From Promethearchaeota archaeon (GTDB lineage: Archaea; Asgardarchaeota; Lokiarchaeia; Sigyniarchaeales; SOKP01): a stretch of DNA of 64,000 bases. Each line of letters starts with the position of its first letter. The stretch's first letter is position 1. The notes under the pieces were generated by a model. The model did not search any database and was not told where the DNA came from. It worked only from the letters and a program-made list of their open reading frames with translations. The stretch spans positions 64,001 through 128,000 of the forward strand of contig JAEOUA010000006.1 in assembly GCA_016839555.1 (NCBI GenBank). The letters run 5' to 3'. A program made the translations under genes and the position numbers. This document shows, in pieces, positions 29,564 through 39,480 of the stretch.

Positions 29564-30220
29564 TTATAAGTCTTCAATATCGGACCAAATTCCGACGAGT
29601 TTTCGCATTTTGTCAAATTTCTTTTTTAATTGTGATTTTGTATTCCTTTATGTTGATTCTTTCAACGGAATTCCTAATCTTGATTTTGCAATTACTTCAG
29701 CTTGCTTCTCAGTCAAGCCATTTTCGGCATAAAATTCTTTTAACGCTTCCCATTTTTCATAATTTAGAATATTTGAAACTTCAAAATATAGTATATTACT
29801 GTAATGCGAATTTTCCAAGTCTATTCTCTTAAGGAGGTAGAATTCTACCCAACAATCTTGACATTGGACTTTTTCGATAATGAATTTTGGATAGTAATTC
29901 GATGTATAACTGTATCCAAATTCCGTGTTAATGTTATCAACAACGGTCTCAGATTCCCACGCGATTTTTAGGAAGGTCGTGTTGTGAATTTTTTCATTTA
30001 GACATTTATCTAAGCCATTCTTATTATAGAGCGTTGATTCTGGAAATTGGTGGCGAATTTCGTTTAATATTTCTCTTATTTGCTCGATTAATAAGATTTT
30101 ATGATAAGGCAAGCTGTCGTGTCTATAACCATATTCTATATTTCTTAGATGATAATCGTTCAGTTCTTCCCATTGTTCAATTTCTTCGGGGGCATAAACA
30201 TAATATACATATTCCCACAT
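29564..30220 (-). pseudogene. Hypothetical protein with disrupted C-terminal HTH (sigma70 r4/LuxR-like)
   Basis: Track ORF 29648-30220 ends LTEKQAEVIAKSRLGIPLKEST*, and the frame continues RNTKSQLKKKFDKMRKLVGIWSDIEDL* to 29564. Confidence 0.5.
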
Positions 30221-30527
30221 AAGCTGAAATAACCGATCTTTGAAAAAAAGATAAATCCATTGCTTCTAGATACTGGCGTAAAATCAAATAATAACTTTAA
30301 TACAATTACTTTTATAATAAGTATTATAAGTGGAGTGGGTGTGTTAATAGCTATTTCAAGTATTACATTCTATCGTAGAAGATTACAAAATTAATAATTC
30401 TTCTTCTATAGAGAATTAATAGAAAAATTTTATAATTTTTTAATTTCTTTTTCTTTTATATTTTGAATATTTTTTTAAACCATAAATTATTCCAAAATTT
30501 TAATTTTATTGCCTTTTCAAACCTTTA

Positions 30528-30884
30528 ATAAAGATTGCGATTGATGTAGTGGGCGTTTTATTAGATAATTTAGTAACTTTCCTTGAAATTTATAATAAAA
30601 AGTTTAAAACTGAGCATATTAAAGAAGATATTAAATACTGGGAATATTTTGAAGAATTAAAAATGACCACAGAACAATTCTTTAAATTATTCTATAAAAC
30701 ATTTGATTATTTAGAGGATGTTCCATTTATTGATGAGGAAGCTCCTACCTATATGAAAAAACTGAATAAAGTTAATGACTTGTTTATTCTAACTGCGCTC
30801 GATCCAAATTATAGAAATCTTTTAGTTAAACAGTTAGAATCGTGTCAGATCAAACAACCAGTTCATTATAAGGAGATGATATGA
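30528..30884 (+). pseudogene. Truncated HAD-family 5'(3')-deoxyribonucleotidase-like gene
   Basis: ATA-K-I-A-I-D-V-V-G-V-L (DxDG motif mutated), ILTA motif II; ends before motifs III/IV. Confidence 0.55.
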
Positions 30885-30971
30885 TATTACTAGTATAGGG
30901 GATAATGTCAGAAACAAATACTAAATTTTACTGGAATACTGAATAATCACAACTAATCTATGAAGTAAAAA

Positions 30972-31466
30972 TTATTTTAGGGATGACTTTTCTCTCAATC
31001 TAAGCAAATCTTGATATTGCCACTCTCGCTCTTTAATAACAGCATTATTGGCATCAGAGGAGTTAGTGGCTCTATGAATAGCTTGTAAGGCATAGATTGC
31101 AGCACCAATAGAGTGGGTTTTAACATGTGCTGTTGCAACAGCCTGACCTGTGGCGCGTGCGGCAGAGCGGGCAGCATTATCATCCCAGACTTCACGGGCA
31201 GCCTCATGAGCATCAAGTGATGCTTTGCGAATCACTGCCATTTTAAATATCCCCGTATCTATCCACATTTGGAGTGTTCTGATAGCATTTCTAGGACGAT
31301 GGTCTTTCGGAAATTGTTTCTCAAAAAATGGTAGAACACGTTCGGCACAGTGAATCGCCCAGATAGCTAAAGTTTTTTTATCAGTCTTATTCATAAGCTC
31401 TAAAATTCTCTCGTCTTTTCTGTATTGTATTAGAGAAAATTTAGATTTTTCTTTTTTAATTTTCAT
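30972..31466 (-). CDS. Imm5-like putative immunity protein
   Basis: LAIWA..CAERVLP.FE...P.D.RPR.AI, AH.AAR, AARA.GQAVATAHV..H, E..WQ. Confidence 0.75.
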   Translation of the reverse strand: MKIKKEKSKFSLIQYRKDERILELMNKTDKKTLAIWAIHCAERVLPFFEKQFPKDHRPRNAIRTLQMWIDTGIFKMAVIRKASLDAHEAAREVWDDNAARSAARATGQAVATAHVKTHSIGAAIYALQAIHRATNSSDANNAVIKEREWQYQDLLRLREKSSLK

Positions 31467-31539
31467 ATACTCAAATGAACTTTATATTAGTAATCTAAAA
31501 CTCCTTTAACTATGTTTGATCGAAAGACTGAATACTTTT

Positions 31540-31869
31540 TCAATCCACAGTATTTATTTTTATACCCAAAGCTTCTAGAAAATCTTTCGCAAATTCAGTT
31601 AATACATAATAAGAATATTGATTTGAATTATCTGATTTTTGGTAAAAATTATCTATTAAACTTGCTTTTTTTAGTTCTTTTAAATGAAATGTGAGTGTAC
31701 TAGAACTTAAATTTAAATCATTCATTAGATCTGAGAAAGTGACTCTTTTTTTATTAAGAAATACTTCTATGAGTTTTTTTCTATTTTTATTTCCCAAAGC
31801 TTTAATTGCACGCTCTATTTCAGGAGGAATTTTAATTTTTTTCACTTTTTCTAACATTTTTATTTTCAC
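31540..31869 (-). CDS. ArsR-family winged-helix regulator
   Basis: KALGNKNR..I, TFSDL...L.LSSSTLTFHLKEL, Y.LT. Confidence 0.85.
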   Translation of the reverse strand: MKIKMLEKVKKIKIPPEIERAIKALGNKNRKKLIEVFLNKKRVTFSDLMNDLNLSSSTLTFHLKELKKASLIDNFYQKSDNSNQYSYYVLTEFAKDFLEALGIKINTVD

Positions 31870-32023
31870 TATTTTTAATGTTTTTTTTTTATGTTCAATA
31901 CATTTAATATATATTTATTTTTATATATAAATGTTGATAATATTATATATAAGTTTAATTTAGTCTACAATTATTTAATATTAAACAACTTTTTTTATAA
32001 CATATTAAATTTTAAGCTAAATT

Positions 32024-32569
32024 ATGGATCCATTCTCTTACTTTAAAGAATTTATAAATGAAAAAATAAAAAGATTACTACAGAAAAAAGAACTTTGTAA
32101 GATACTTTTATTTGGAGCATATTATCCTCCATCAGAAAAAGAATTTCTAATAAAAATTCGAGATGATATTAGAAATGAAGGATATATTAATACTTTTTTA
32201 GTAGAAGACTTTCCAAAATATCCTAATTTAAATATTAGAGAAAAGAGTTTTGCGTGTTTAGAATTTTCTGATATTAATGTATTTGTTATTACGTTTAGTG
32301 GAAAACAAGCGGGATCTTCAGCGGAGCTAGAACATATTATAAAAAATGCATCCTCTCTATCATTTAAGACTATCGTAACATATGAATATAAACTTGAAAT
32401 AGATGATAAAATAAATTCATTATCTCCATTGCAAGAAGATGGATTAAAATTCTCTAACATAAAACTAATTCCTTTCTTGAAAGAGGAATATAGTGATTTT
32501 TTTGAATTATTAAGAGCCCAAATATGGAATAAACATTATCATTATGTTATACATGAAAATAGATATTAA
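32024..32569 (+). CDS. Nucleoside 2-deoxyribosyltransferase/TIR-like fold protein
   Basis: ILLFG.Y, FLVEDF, SD..VF, G.SAEL pattern; extremely AT-rich; divergent from the ArsR gene. Confidence 0.45.
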   Translation: MDPFSYFKEFINEKIKRLLQKKELCKILLFGAYYPPSEKEFLIKIRDDIRNEGYINTFLVEDFPKYPNLNIREKSFACLEFSDINVFVITFSGKQAGSSAELEHIIKNASSLSFKTIVTYEYKLEIDDKINSLSPLQEDGLKFSNIKLIPFLKEEYSDFFELLRAQIWNKHYHYVIHENRY

Positions 32570-32888
32570 ATTTTTCTAATAATAAGATTCCTTATTGAAT
32601 AAGATATGTAGGTATAAATATAACTTTTCAGGAAGTAGTAAAATTTTATTTTTTCCTTTTTAAACCCTTGCATATCTCAATAAATTCATCAAATAAATCC
32701 AATTGCCATTGATTTCCCGATAGGAAAAGCGTTTACATGAAACAGGTTTTATTTCATTAATGGAACTTTCATTATCAATAAAAATATAATTATAGTAAAA
32801 AAAACAGATCAAGGCAATAGATTTTAAAAAAAAATTAAGGATTAAAAGAAAATTAAAAATAATTTTAATGAATAGGAATAAACTAATC

Positions 32889-33296
32889 CTATCTATTTTG
32901 CTTTTTAATGGAAATAAAACATTCTACAAAAAGTATGGCGAATACGACATCGATTATTGCGGGAACAACTGCGGTAAAGCTTATGTCTCCTAAAAGAAAA
33001 TAAATGAATATCACTGGAAATATAAGAAATTTATCGATAATTCCAAATTTTAAAACTGCAATATTGTTCTTGACATCAAAACTGGCAAAGAAAAAGGCAA
33101 ATCCGATTACAAAAATCAGGAAGAAAAATCCATGCATCCACACCAGGCTTGGAGGCATTTCCGCGCCAAATGTAGAAAGAGCAAAAGGTCGGAAAAAAAT
33201 GGTAAGTAAGGTAAACACTACACCCATGCCCCAATTCCAAACGGCAGTAATTAAAAATAAAATTTTATAATATTTTTCTCTATTCATAATTATCAT
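32889..33296 (-). CDS. Hypothetical 4-TM membrane protein
   Basis: Four hydrophobic segments, intact ORF. Confidence 0.7.
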   Translation of the reverse strand: MIIMNREKYYKILFLITAVWNWGMGVVFTLLTIFFRPFALSTFGAEMPPSLVWMHGFFFLIFVIGFAFFFASFDVKNNIAVLKFGIIDKFLIFPVIFIYFLLGDISFTAVVPAIIDVVFAILFVECFISIKKQNR

Positions 33297-33364
33297 ATAA
33301 ATGGAATTCGATTAAATTTGCGTAAAACATATAATTCGAAATCCAATATAAATCTTATTTTTAC

Positions 33365-33517
33365 CTATTTACCGTACTTTTTTTCCCATTCTGCCTGTTT
33401 TTTTGCTGGATCCTCTCTTATTTGGCATTTATGATGGATTTCATCCTGCTTGGCAAATGTTTGATCTAGTAATTTATCTAAATCTTCTTCAGAAAGATCT
33501 TTTTTCTTTTTCGCCAT
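33365..33517 (-). CDS. 50-aa small charged protein
   Basis: Absent from the track: MAKKKKDLSEEDLDKLLDQTFAKQDEIHHKCQIREDPAKKQAEWEKKYGK; ATG start, codirectional between two genes. Confidence 0.6.
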   Translation of the reverse strand: MAKKKKDLSEEDLDKLLDQTFAKQDEIHHKCQIREDPAKKQAEWEKKYGK

Positions 33518-33581
33518 AATCTTCACATAAGGATATAATAAAATAAAAAATAAAAAAGGAATAATAATAAAAAATAAGATT

Positions 33582-34613
33582 TTATTTGATATAGCTTGTA
33601 GCAGTTTTTAGGTGTTTTTCAGCACTTGTTATGATTTCATTTATCACATCTGAAACGGTTTCTATTTGATCAATAAGACCCATCGTTTGCCCTACAAGAA
33701 CTGCTCCATCCTCTATATTTCCTTCATAAGCAAGCTCATATTTTCTATTTATTACCGCTAATTCATTTATGTCAAGTTCTGCTTCCATTGCCTTTTTTTC
33801 TTCTTTACTTCCTACGAGTGCTTGACTTAGTGCATATTTATTGGTCCACAATCGTATAGGTCCAAAAACACCTGTCGTGAGTACGGTATCTCGAGCAGTC
33901 GCCGGTGGGATAATATTTTTATACGTGTCATGAAACTCACAATCCTTAGTCGCAATAAATCTGGTTCCCATGGCAATCGCATCGGCCCCCAATGTTAAGG
34001 CTGCCGCAAGTCCTTCTCCAGTAGCAAATCCTCCACAAGCTACCACAGGAATATCAGGATATTTTTCTTCTACTTGCTGAAGTAATACTAAGGTGCTAAC
34101 TTTCTCATATGATTGATGACCGCCTCCCTCAGATCCTGTAAGTACTAATCCATCTACTTTGGCATCTACACATTTGTCTGCAAGCCATAAAGCTGGTGCA
34201 ACATGAAAATGTTTAATATTTGACTGCTCCCTTAATTTCTGCCAGGAACCACTCGATGGAAGCATCTTTGCAGACCCTGCGCTTGTCAAAGCGTATAAAG
34301 CTTGTTCTCTTACTCTTTGGTTTTTTCGTATAAAATCAGGGATTTTACGGCATAATGTACGTGCGTCCATCTGCATTCTTGAAGTTCTAATATTGAACCC
34401 AAAGGGTTTATCGGTATGTTCCACCACCGCTTCCATGTTTTTCATCATTTCATCAATAGAAGATTTCCCATATAGGTTGGTATGAGAAAGAACTCCCATC
34501 CCTCCAGCTTCAGATACTGCTATAGTCAATTCAGTAGTGTAAAAAGGGCCCATAGGAGCGCTGATAATGGGATGTTTAATCCCAAATAACTTGGTAATTT
34601 TAGTTTCTATCAT
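33582..34613 (-). CDS. Nitronate monooxygenase/FabK-like flavin oxidoreductase
   Basis: TKLFGIKHPI..APM, VSEAGG.G, G.EGGGH, ACGG, GADA..MGTRFIAT.E, GQ..GLI. Confidence 0.88.
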   Translation of the reverse strand: MIETKITKLFGIKHPIISAPMGPFYTTELTIAVSEAGGMGVLSHTNLYGKSSIDEMMKNMEAVVEHTDKPFGFNIRTSRMQMDARTLCRKIPDFIRKNQRVREQALYALTSAGSAKMLPSSGSWQKLREQSNIKHFHVAPALWLADKCVDAKVDGLVLTGSEGGGHQSYEKVSTLVLLQQVEEKYPDIPVVACGGFATGEGLAAALTLGADAIAMGTRFIATKDCEFHDTYKNIIPPATARDTVLTTGVFGPIRLWTNKYALSQALVGSKEEKKAMEAELDINELAVINRKYELAYEGNIEDGAVLVGQTMGLIDQIETVSDVINEIITSAEKHLKTATSYIK

Positions 34614-34909
34614 TTTTTAAACTGGTCTTTTTAAATTAAACTTTAAATATTTTATAATGATTTAATAAATGAAATTATTTTAAAATTATTTATTTTCCTA
34701 TTATGAAAATTAGGATTTTTCAAAATTCCAATTTTCAAATAGATATGTTAGTCGAAAAGCAAAATCCTTTTGATGGTAAACTAAATAATCGATATAAAGC
34801 TATTTATTAAAATTGATTTAAGGATCCTATTTATTGAAATATAAATATCCAGTTTATTAAGTAGGAAAATCGGAAATTATTAAATAAAAAGCAAGGTATA
34901 CTTATAATT

Positions 34910-36412
34910 ATGAATAGGAAACAAATACAAATTCAAGTAGTATTTATTGGAAAGCCTCAATGGGAAGCAGGCTGGCCTTATATTGGATATGATAATGAGG
35001 AATTAATTAATAACATTATGGAACATCTTACTATAACTTTTCCGGATATAATTTTTCACCAAAAAGATATTATCACTACTTATAATGCTCCATTAGTAAA
35101 TAATATAAAAAATAGCTTAGAGGATGCTGACGGGTTAATATTGTTTACTATCGGTCATTACGGTGATCCTGGAATAATTAACGCGGGAATAGAAATCATC
35201 GAATCAAAAGATATTCCTTGCTTATTAGCTAATCTTGTGTACGCAGGAGATCATACCTTTATTAAAATTTATACCTTAATTAAACACAAAAAAAATCAAG
35301 TATATCCCATTTCTTCACAACACTTTAAAGATTTTGATAAATATATTAAAATTTTATATAATATTTTGCGCTTGAAAGGAGAAAAGGTTTTTTTACTTGC
35401 TACAGAATCAAGAGAGATGGATTGGGATAAAATTTTAGAACTTTTTAAACCAGAACGAAAAAAGATTTTACAGACACACCCTGAATTTATAAATCAGATA
35501 GGAACTATGAGAAACGATGAATATGAATTTTTTACGGACTTAGAAGGAGCGGATCAAGCTCATCCATGGAGAGTAAATCCAGAAATTTATAAAAAACAAT
35601 TGTTAGAAACGTTTGGAGTTGAATTAGTACATGGAAATCCTGATGAGATCGCAAAACACTATGATGCGGTTGAAAAAGAAGAGGCGGAACAAATCGCCGA
35701 AAAATGGATTAATGAAGCCGGTGAAGTACTCCCTACTAAAGATACGATAATAAACTCAGCTAAAGTATATTTAGCATTAAAGGAATTATTAAAGGAACAA
35801 GATTATAAATATAGTGTATTTACGCCCGATTGTGGTACATTATTATTACTTGGAAAGTTTCCTGCATATCCGTGCATGGCATTTTTTGAATTAAGCAAAG
35901 AAAATATTTATGGCATTTGCGAGTCAGATACAAATTCAGCAATAAGCTTTTTATTAGGATTATATTTAACAGGCAGGCCTGGGTATGTTTCTAATCATAC
36001 GCTCGATTTAGTGAATGATCGTGTTACCTATATGCACTGTGTTGCTCCATGCAATTATTATGGAGAGGAAGGAAAGTTTCTGAACTATGATATCGTATAT
36101 CATGGAGAATCAAATTTCTTGGGTGCATCGCCCCGGGTCAAGTTCCCAAAAGGTGAGCTGGTTACAACCGTGAAAATAAGCGTTGCCCAGAGAAAAATTG
36201 CCTTACGTCAAGGTATAATCATTGAAAATGTACAAGAACCAGGAGGCTGCGTAGCAAAAGTATGGGTAAAAGATAATGTGAAAAAAATACTGGAGAACTA
36301 TGATTGGGAGACCTTTGGATGGCATCGTGTAACCTTTTTAGGTGATTGGAAGGAAAATTTTGAGGTTGCCGCCAAATTCTTGGGACTAGAATTCATTCAA
36401 GAAGATCAATAA
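34910..36412 (+). CDS. L-fucose/L-arabinose isomerase-like protein
   Basis: A..YLALK, C......YPC.A, CESD, HCVAP, WH.V...GD at the C-terminus. Confidence 0.6.
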   Translation: MNRKQIQIQVVFIGKPQWEAGWPYIGYDNEELINNIMEHLTITFPDIIFHQKDIITTYNAPLVNNIKNSLEDADGLILFTIGHYGDPGIINAGIEIIESKDIPCLLANLVYAGDHTFIKIYTLIKHKKNQVYPISSQHFKDFDKYIKILYNILRLKGEKVFLLATESREMDWDKILELFKPERKKILQTHPEFINQIGTMRNDEYEFFTDLEGADQAHPWRVNPEIYKKQLLETFGVELVHGNPDEIAKHYDAVEKEEAEQIAEKWINEAGEVLPTKDTIINSAKVYLALKELLKEQDYKYSVFTPDCGTLLLLGKFPAYPCMAFFELSKENIYGICESDTNSAISFLLGLYLTGRPGYVSNHTLDLVNDRVTYMHCVAPCNYYGEEGKFLNYDIVYHGESNFLGASPRVKFPKGELVTTVKISVAQRKIALRQGIIIENVQEPGGCVAKVWVKDNVKKILENYDWETFGWHRVTFLGDWKENFEVAAKFLGLEFIQEDQ

Positions 36413-36520
36413 AAAAAGCTTTATTAATATGATGCTCATATAATAACTCTTAAATATGAAGAAAAGAAATATTAACATATTGTTATTTAATCTATTTAAA
36501 ACTAAAAATAAATATCATAT

Positions 36521-37921
36521 GTGAAAATCATGAAAGAACGTAAATTTTTAGTATTTCCTTTACCTAAGTTCGGGACCTCCGTTGTTATGGGAATCGCAGA
36601 CTTTGCCTTGGCAACATTATACATTGTAGGATATCAAATCACACCCTTCCTTGTAGGACTTGCATTAGCATTAGGGAAAATTACGATTGCTGCATCTCAA
36701 TTCTTTTTTGGGTGGGTTAGTGATCAAACCCATTCATCTAATTGGGGAAGAAGAAAGCCGTATTTCCTTATCTTAAGCCCCATTTTAGCGGTAGCTACCA
36801 TATTTTTATTAATCCCTAGTTTGATCATACCACTTGATAATCCATTTACCCTCTTTATTTGGTTATTAGTATGGTATCAAATATTCAATATTAGTTATGG
36901 TGTCACCACACCCTATGAATCTTGGATGGCGGAGCAATTTACCGTGAATGAGCGTCCTAAAGCTGCCCAGTATCTTAATATCTTAAGTATGGCGGGAACC
37001 GGAGTAATGGCTATATTTTCAATGCTTGTATTAACTCAGTTTACCGATAAAGTGAAATTAAACCCCGAAGTGATTCCGGGAGAATTTTTATATAGTGTAC
37101 TCGCTTTTAGTATCATTTTAATCGTATTATTTTACCTTGTGGTATTTTTAATGCCGACAGAACCTTATCAGGAGATTAAAACCACGATGGTGGAGCGATT
37201 AAAGATTGTTTTAAAGAACAGAAATTATCTACTAGTTAATGTGATGATAGGAATTGCCAGTTTGGCGTGGTCTATGATTGGCTCGTTAATTTTACTTTTT
37301 CTGGAAAAAGTTTTACAATTTGAATTGATATTTTATATCATCACTGCCGCGGCATATCTTTTGGGAATTCTTGTATTTTTGTATATTTGGAGAAAATTGA
37401 TCGTTAATAAAGGAAAGAAAACAACTCTGCTGTATGTGTTTTTATTAGCAATTATCACTCTTCCTTTTTCACTTTTAGGGGTTATTCGAGGAGGTTTTTC
37501 AATTATTTATGGAATCTTATTTATCCTCTCTATTGCAGCAGCGATGGGCGGCTGGTTTTTATTCCCAAGCATTTTATTGGCTGACCTTGCAGAAGATGAT
37601 CAGAAAAAAACGGGAGAATTAAAAGCGGGCATTTATAAGGGCTTCCCCAGCATAATATTAAATGCTTTTCAAGCAATGGGACTTCTTCTCATGGGATTTA
37701 TCTTAGAACTCCCTCAAATATCAGTAGGTCCGACAACCTATTCTTTTGGATGGAATGTATTTAGATTTGGGGATTTTGCTATTCGTTTTTTTACTATTTT
37801 TGTAGAAACTTCTAATATATCCCTGGGATACGTGCTCTGGGGTCCAATTTGCTCCATCATATTAATTGGTGCATATTTCTTTTCGAAAAAATTTATCATC
37901 GTTGATTTTGATTGGGAATAA
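36521..37921 (+). CDS. MFS transporter, GPH/MelB-like
   Basis: GWVSD.T.S.WGRRKPY, ~12 TM, AD..E.D..KTG..KAG.Y.G. Confidence 0.88.
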   Translation: MKIMKERKFLVFPLPKFGTSVVMGIADFALATLYIVGYQITPFLVGLALALGKITIAASQFFFGWVSDQTHSSNWGRRKPYFLILSPILAVATIFLLIPSLIIPLDNPFTLFIWLLVWYQIFNISYGVTTPYESWMAEQFTVNERPKAAQYLNILSMAGTGVMAIFSMLVLTQFTDKVKLNPEVIPGEFLYSVLAFSIILIVLFYLVVFLMPTEPYQEIKTTMVERLKIVLKNRNYLLVNVMIGIASLAWSMIGSLILLFLEKVLQFELIFYIITAAAYLLGILVFLYIWRKLIVNKGKKTTLLYVFLLAIITLPFSLLGVIRGGFSIIYGILFILSIAAAMGGWFLFPSILLADLAEDDQKKTGELKAGIYKGFPSIILNAFQAMGLLLMGFILELPQISVGPTTYSFGWNVFRFGDFAIRFFTIFVETSNISLGYVLWGPICSIILIGAYFFSKKFIIVDFDWE

Positions 37922-37967
37922 TTAAATAATAAACTTAAAATATTTTTTTTTCATTTATTCATTATTT

Positions 37968-39044
37968 ATGAACTCAAAAGAGCGTATTCTTGCAGTCTAT
38001 AATCGGGAAAAAAGAAACACTTTAGACCGAGTTCCCAGCCACGTACAATATGTAGCTCCTGAGTTTATATCAAAATATGCGGATTATTTTTCAAACACTT
38101 ATGATCAGAATTTATTCAATCAATATTTTGGCGCTCCCTTTGCTTTAGGATTTGATTCCATTTTTGCGCCTATTCCTTCGAGTATAAAATTTCGTAGTCT
38201 ACAAATTGAACTGAAAGGGGGAGAAACAATAAGAATTGGAGTGAATGGTCAATCAATTAGGGCAAAAACCACGTATTATGAAGGAGGTTACGTAAATTCT
38301 TTAGAGATTTTAAATCAAATGAAGGACAAGTTAAAATTTGTTGATAAAAAAAGGGAGATTCAATATGTATTAAATAATTATGAGAAAATTGAAAAACACA
38401 TTTATCCGATAGTAATGGTTGGTGGAATTTTCGATAGAACATGGCAAGCAATGGGAATGACGGAATTTAGTAAACATTTTCGGAAAAAAACCGAACTATA
38501 TAAGAAATTAATTAGCTTTTATGCGGAAATTATGAATAATGATATTAGGGGATTGATTGAAGCAACTGATTACTCAGAAAGAATCATCAATATTTTAGAT
38601 GATGTAGCCTATAGAGGGAGAACTATGATTTCACCAACTCAATGGGAGCAAGATTTTATGCCTTATTATAAGGATGTAACTGATATAATTAGCTCAGCAG
38701 GTATGATTCCACAAGTTCACACTGATGGAGATCCTACCGATTTAATCCCTTATTTTCAAAAGGCGGGATTTAGAGGCCTTCAAGGATGGGAAGGAGGCGC
38801 CGATCCTTTTTTTATTAATGAACATTTTCCTGAGTTTGTAGTGCTGGGATTTGGAGATGTTAGTCATATCCTTCCTTATGGAACAGAAGCTCAAATAAAG
38901 GCTCATGCTCAGCAGTTAATGGATGCTCTTAAAGAGAATAGGCATTTTATTATTGGTCCTAGTACCATTATATATGAAAAAATTCCTTTAAAGAATATCC
39001 AAATATTCATGAAAACAATAAAGAATTTTGGAAAATATTATTAA
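37968..39044 (+). CDS. Uroporphyrinogen decarboxylase (URO-D/MtaA-like) family protein
   Basis: MNSKERILA...DRVP, DDVAY, MISP..W, HTDG, G..D....LP.GT, FI.GPS. Confidence 0.8.
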   Translation: MNSKERILAVYNREKRNTLDRVPSHVQYVAPEFISKYADYFSNTYDQNLFNQYFGAPFALGFDSIFAPIPSSIKFRSLQIELKGGETIRIGVNGQSIRAKTTYYEGGYVNSLEILNQMKDKLKFVDKKREIQYVLNNYEKIEKHIYPIVMVGGIFDRTWQAMGMTEFSKHFRKKTELYKKLISFYAEIMNNDIRGLIEATDYSERIINILDDVAYRGRTMISPTQWEQDFMPYYKDVTDIISSAGMIPQVHTDGDPTDLIPYFQKAGFRGLQGWEGGADPFFINEHFPEFVVLGFGDVSHILPYGTEAQIKAHAQQLMDALKENRHFIIGPSTIIYEKIPLKNIQIFMKTIKNFGKYY

Positions 39045-39114
39045 TCTTAAAAATTCAATTAAAATATAAGTGTCTATAAAATAATTATTTAAATAGCTTG
39101 TTATTAAAAATTAT

Positions 39115-39480
39115 TTAATCTTTATTAACGCATTTTTCAATCGAAATTATTAAGTCTTTTATCGTAAATGGCTTAGCTAAAAAATCAGCTATCCCTAAGG
39201 TTAATGTTTCTTCTTTAATAGTTTGATCAGCACTGATAAAAATAATTTTAACATTTGGATCTAATTTTAGTATTTCGCTTGATGCTTCGAGACCATTTTT
39301 GAGCGGCATACGATGATCCATTAGAATAACATCTGGTTTTTTTGTAAAACTTTTAAACATATCTACTGCTTGCATCCCATTAGATGCAATCCCTACTAAT
39401 TCAAAACCATTTAATATGAGAACTTTTTTAAAAAAGAGGAGTATTGAGGGTTCATCATCAACAACAAATACTCTAACTAT
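39115..39480 (-). CDS. Single-domain response regulator (receiver)
   Basis: Frame extends upstream of the track ORF to ATA at 39480: (I/M)VRVFVVDDE...PDVILMDHRMP..NG...ISAD...FLAKPF. Confidence 0.85.
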   Translation of the reverse strand: MVRVFVVDDEPSILLFFKKVLILNGFELVGIASNGMQAVDMFKSFTKKPDVILMDHRMPLKNGLEASSEILKLDPNVKIIFISADQTIKEETLTLGIADFLAKPFTIKDLIISIEKCVNKD

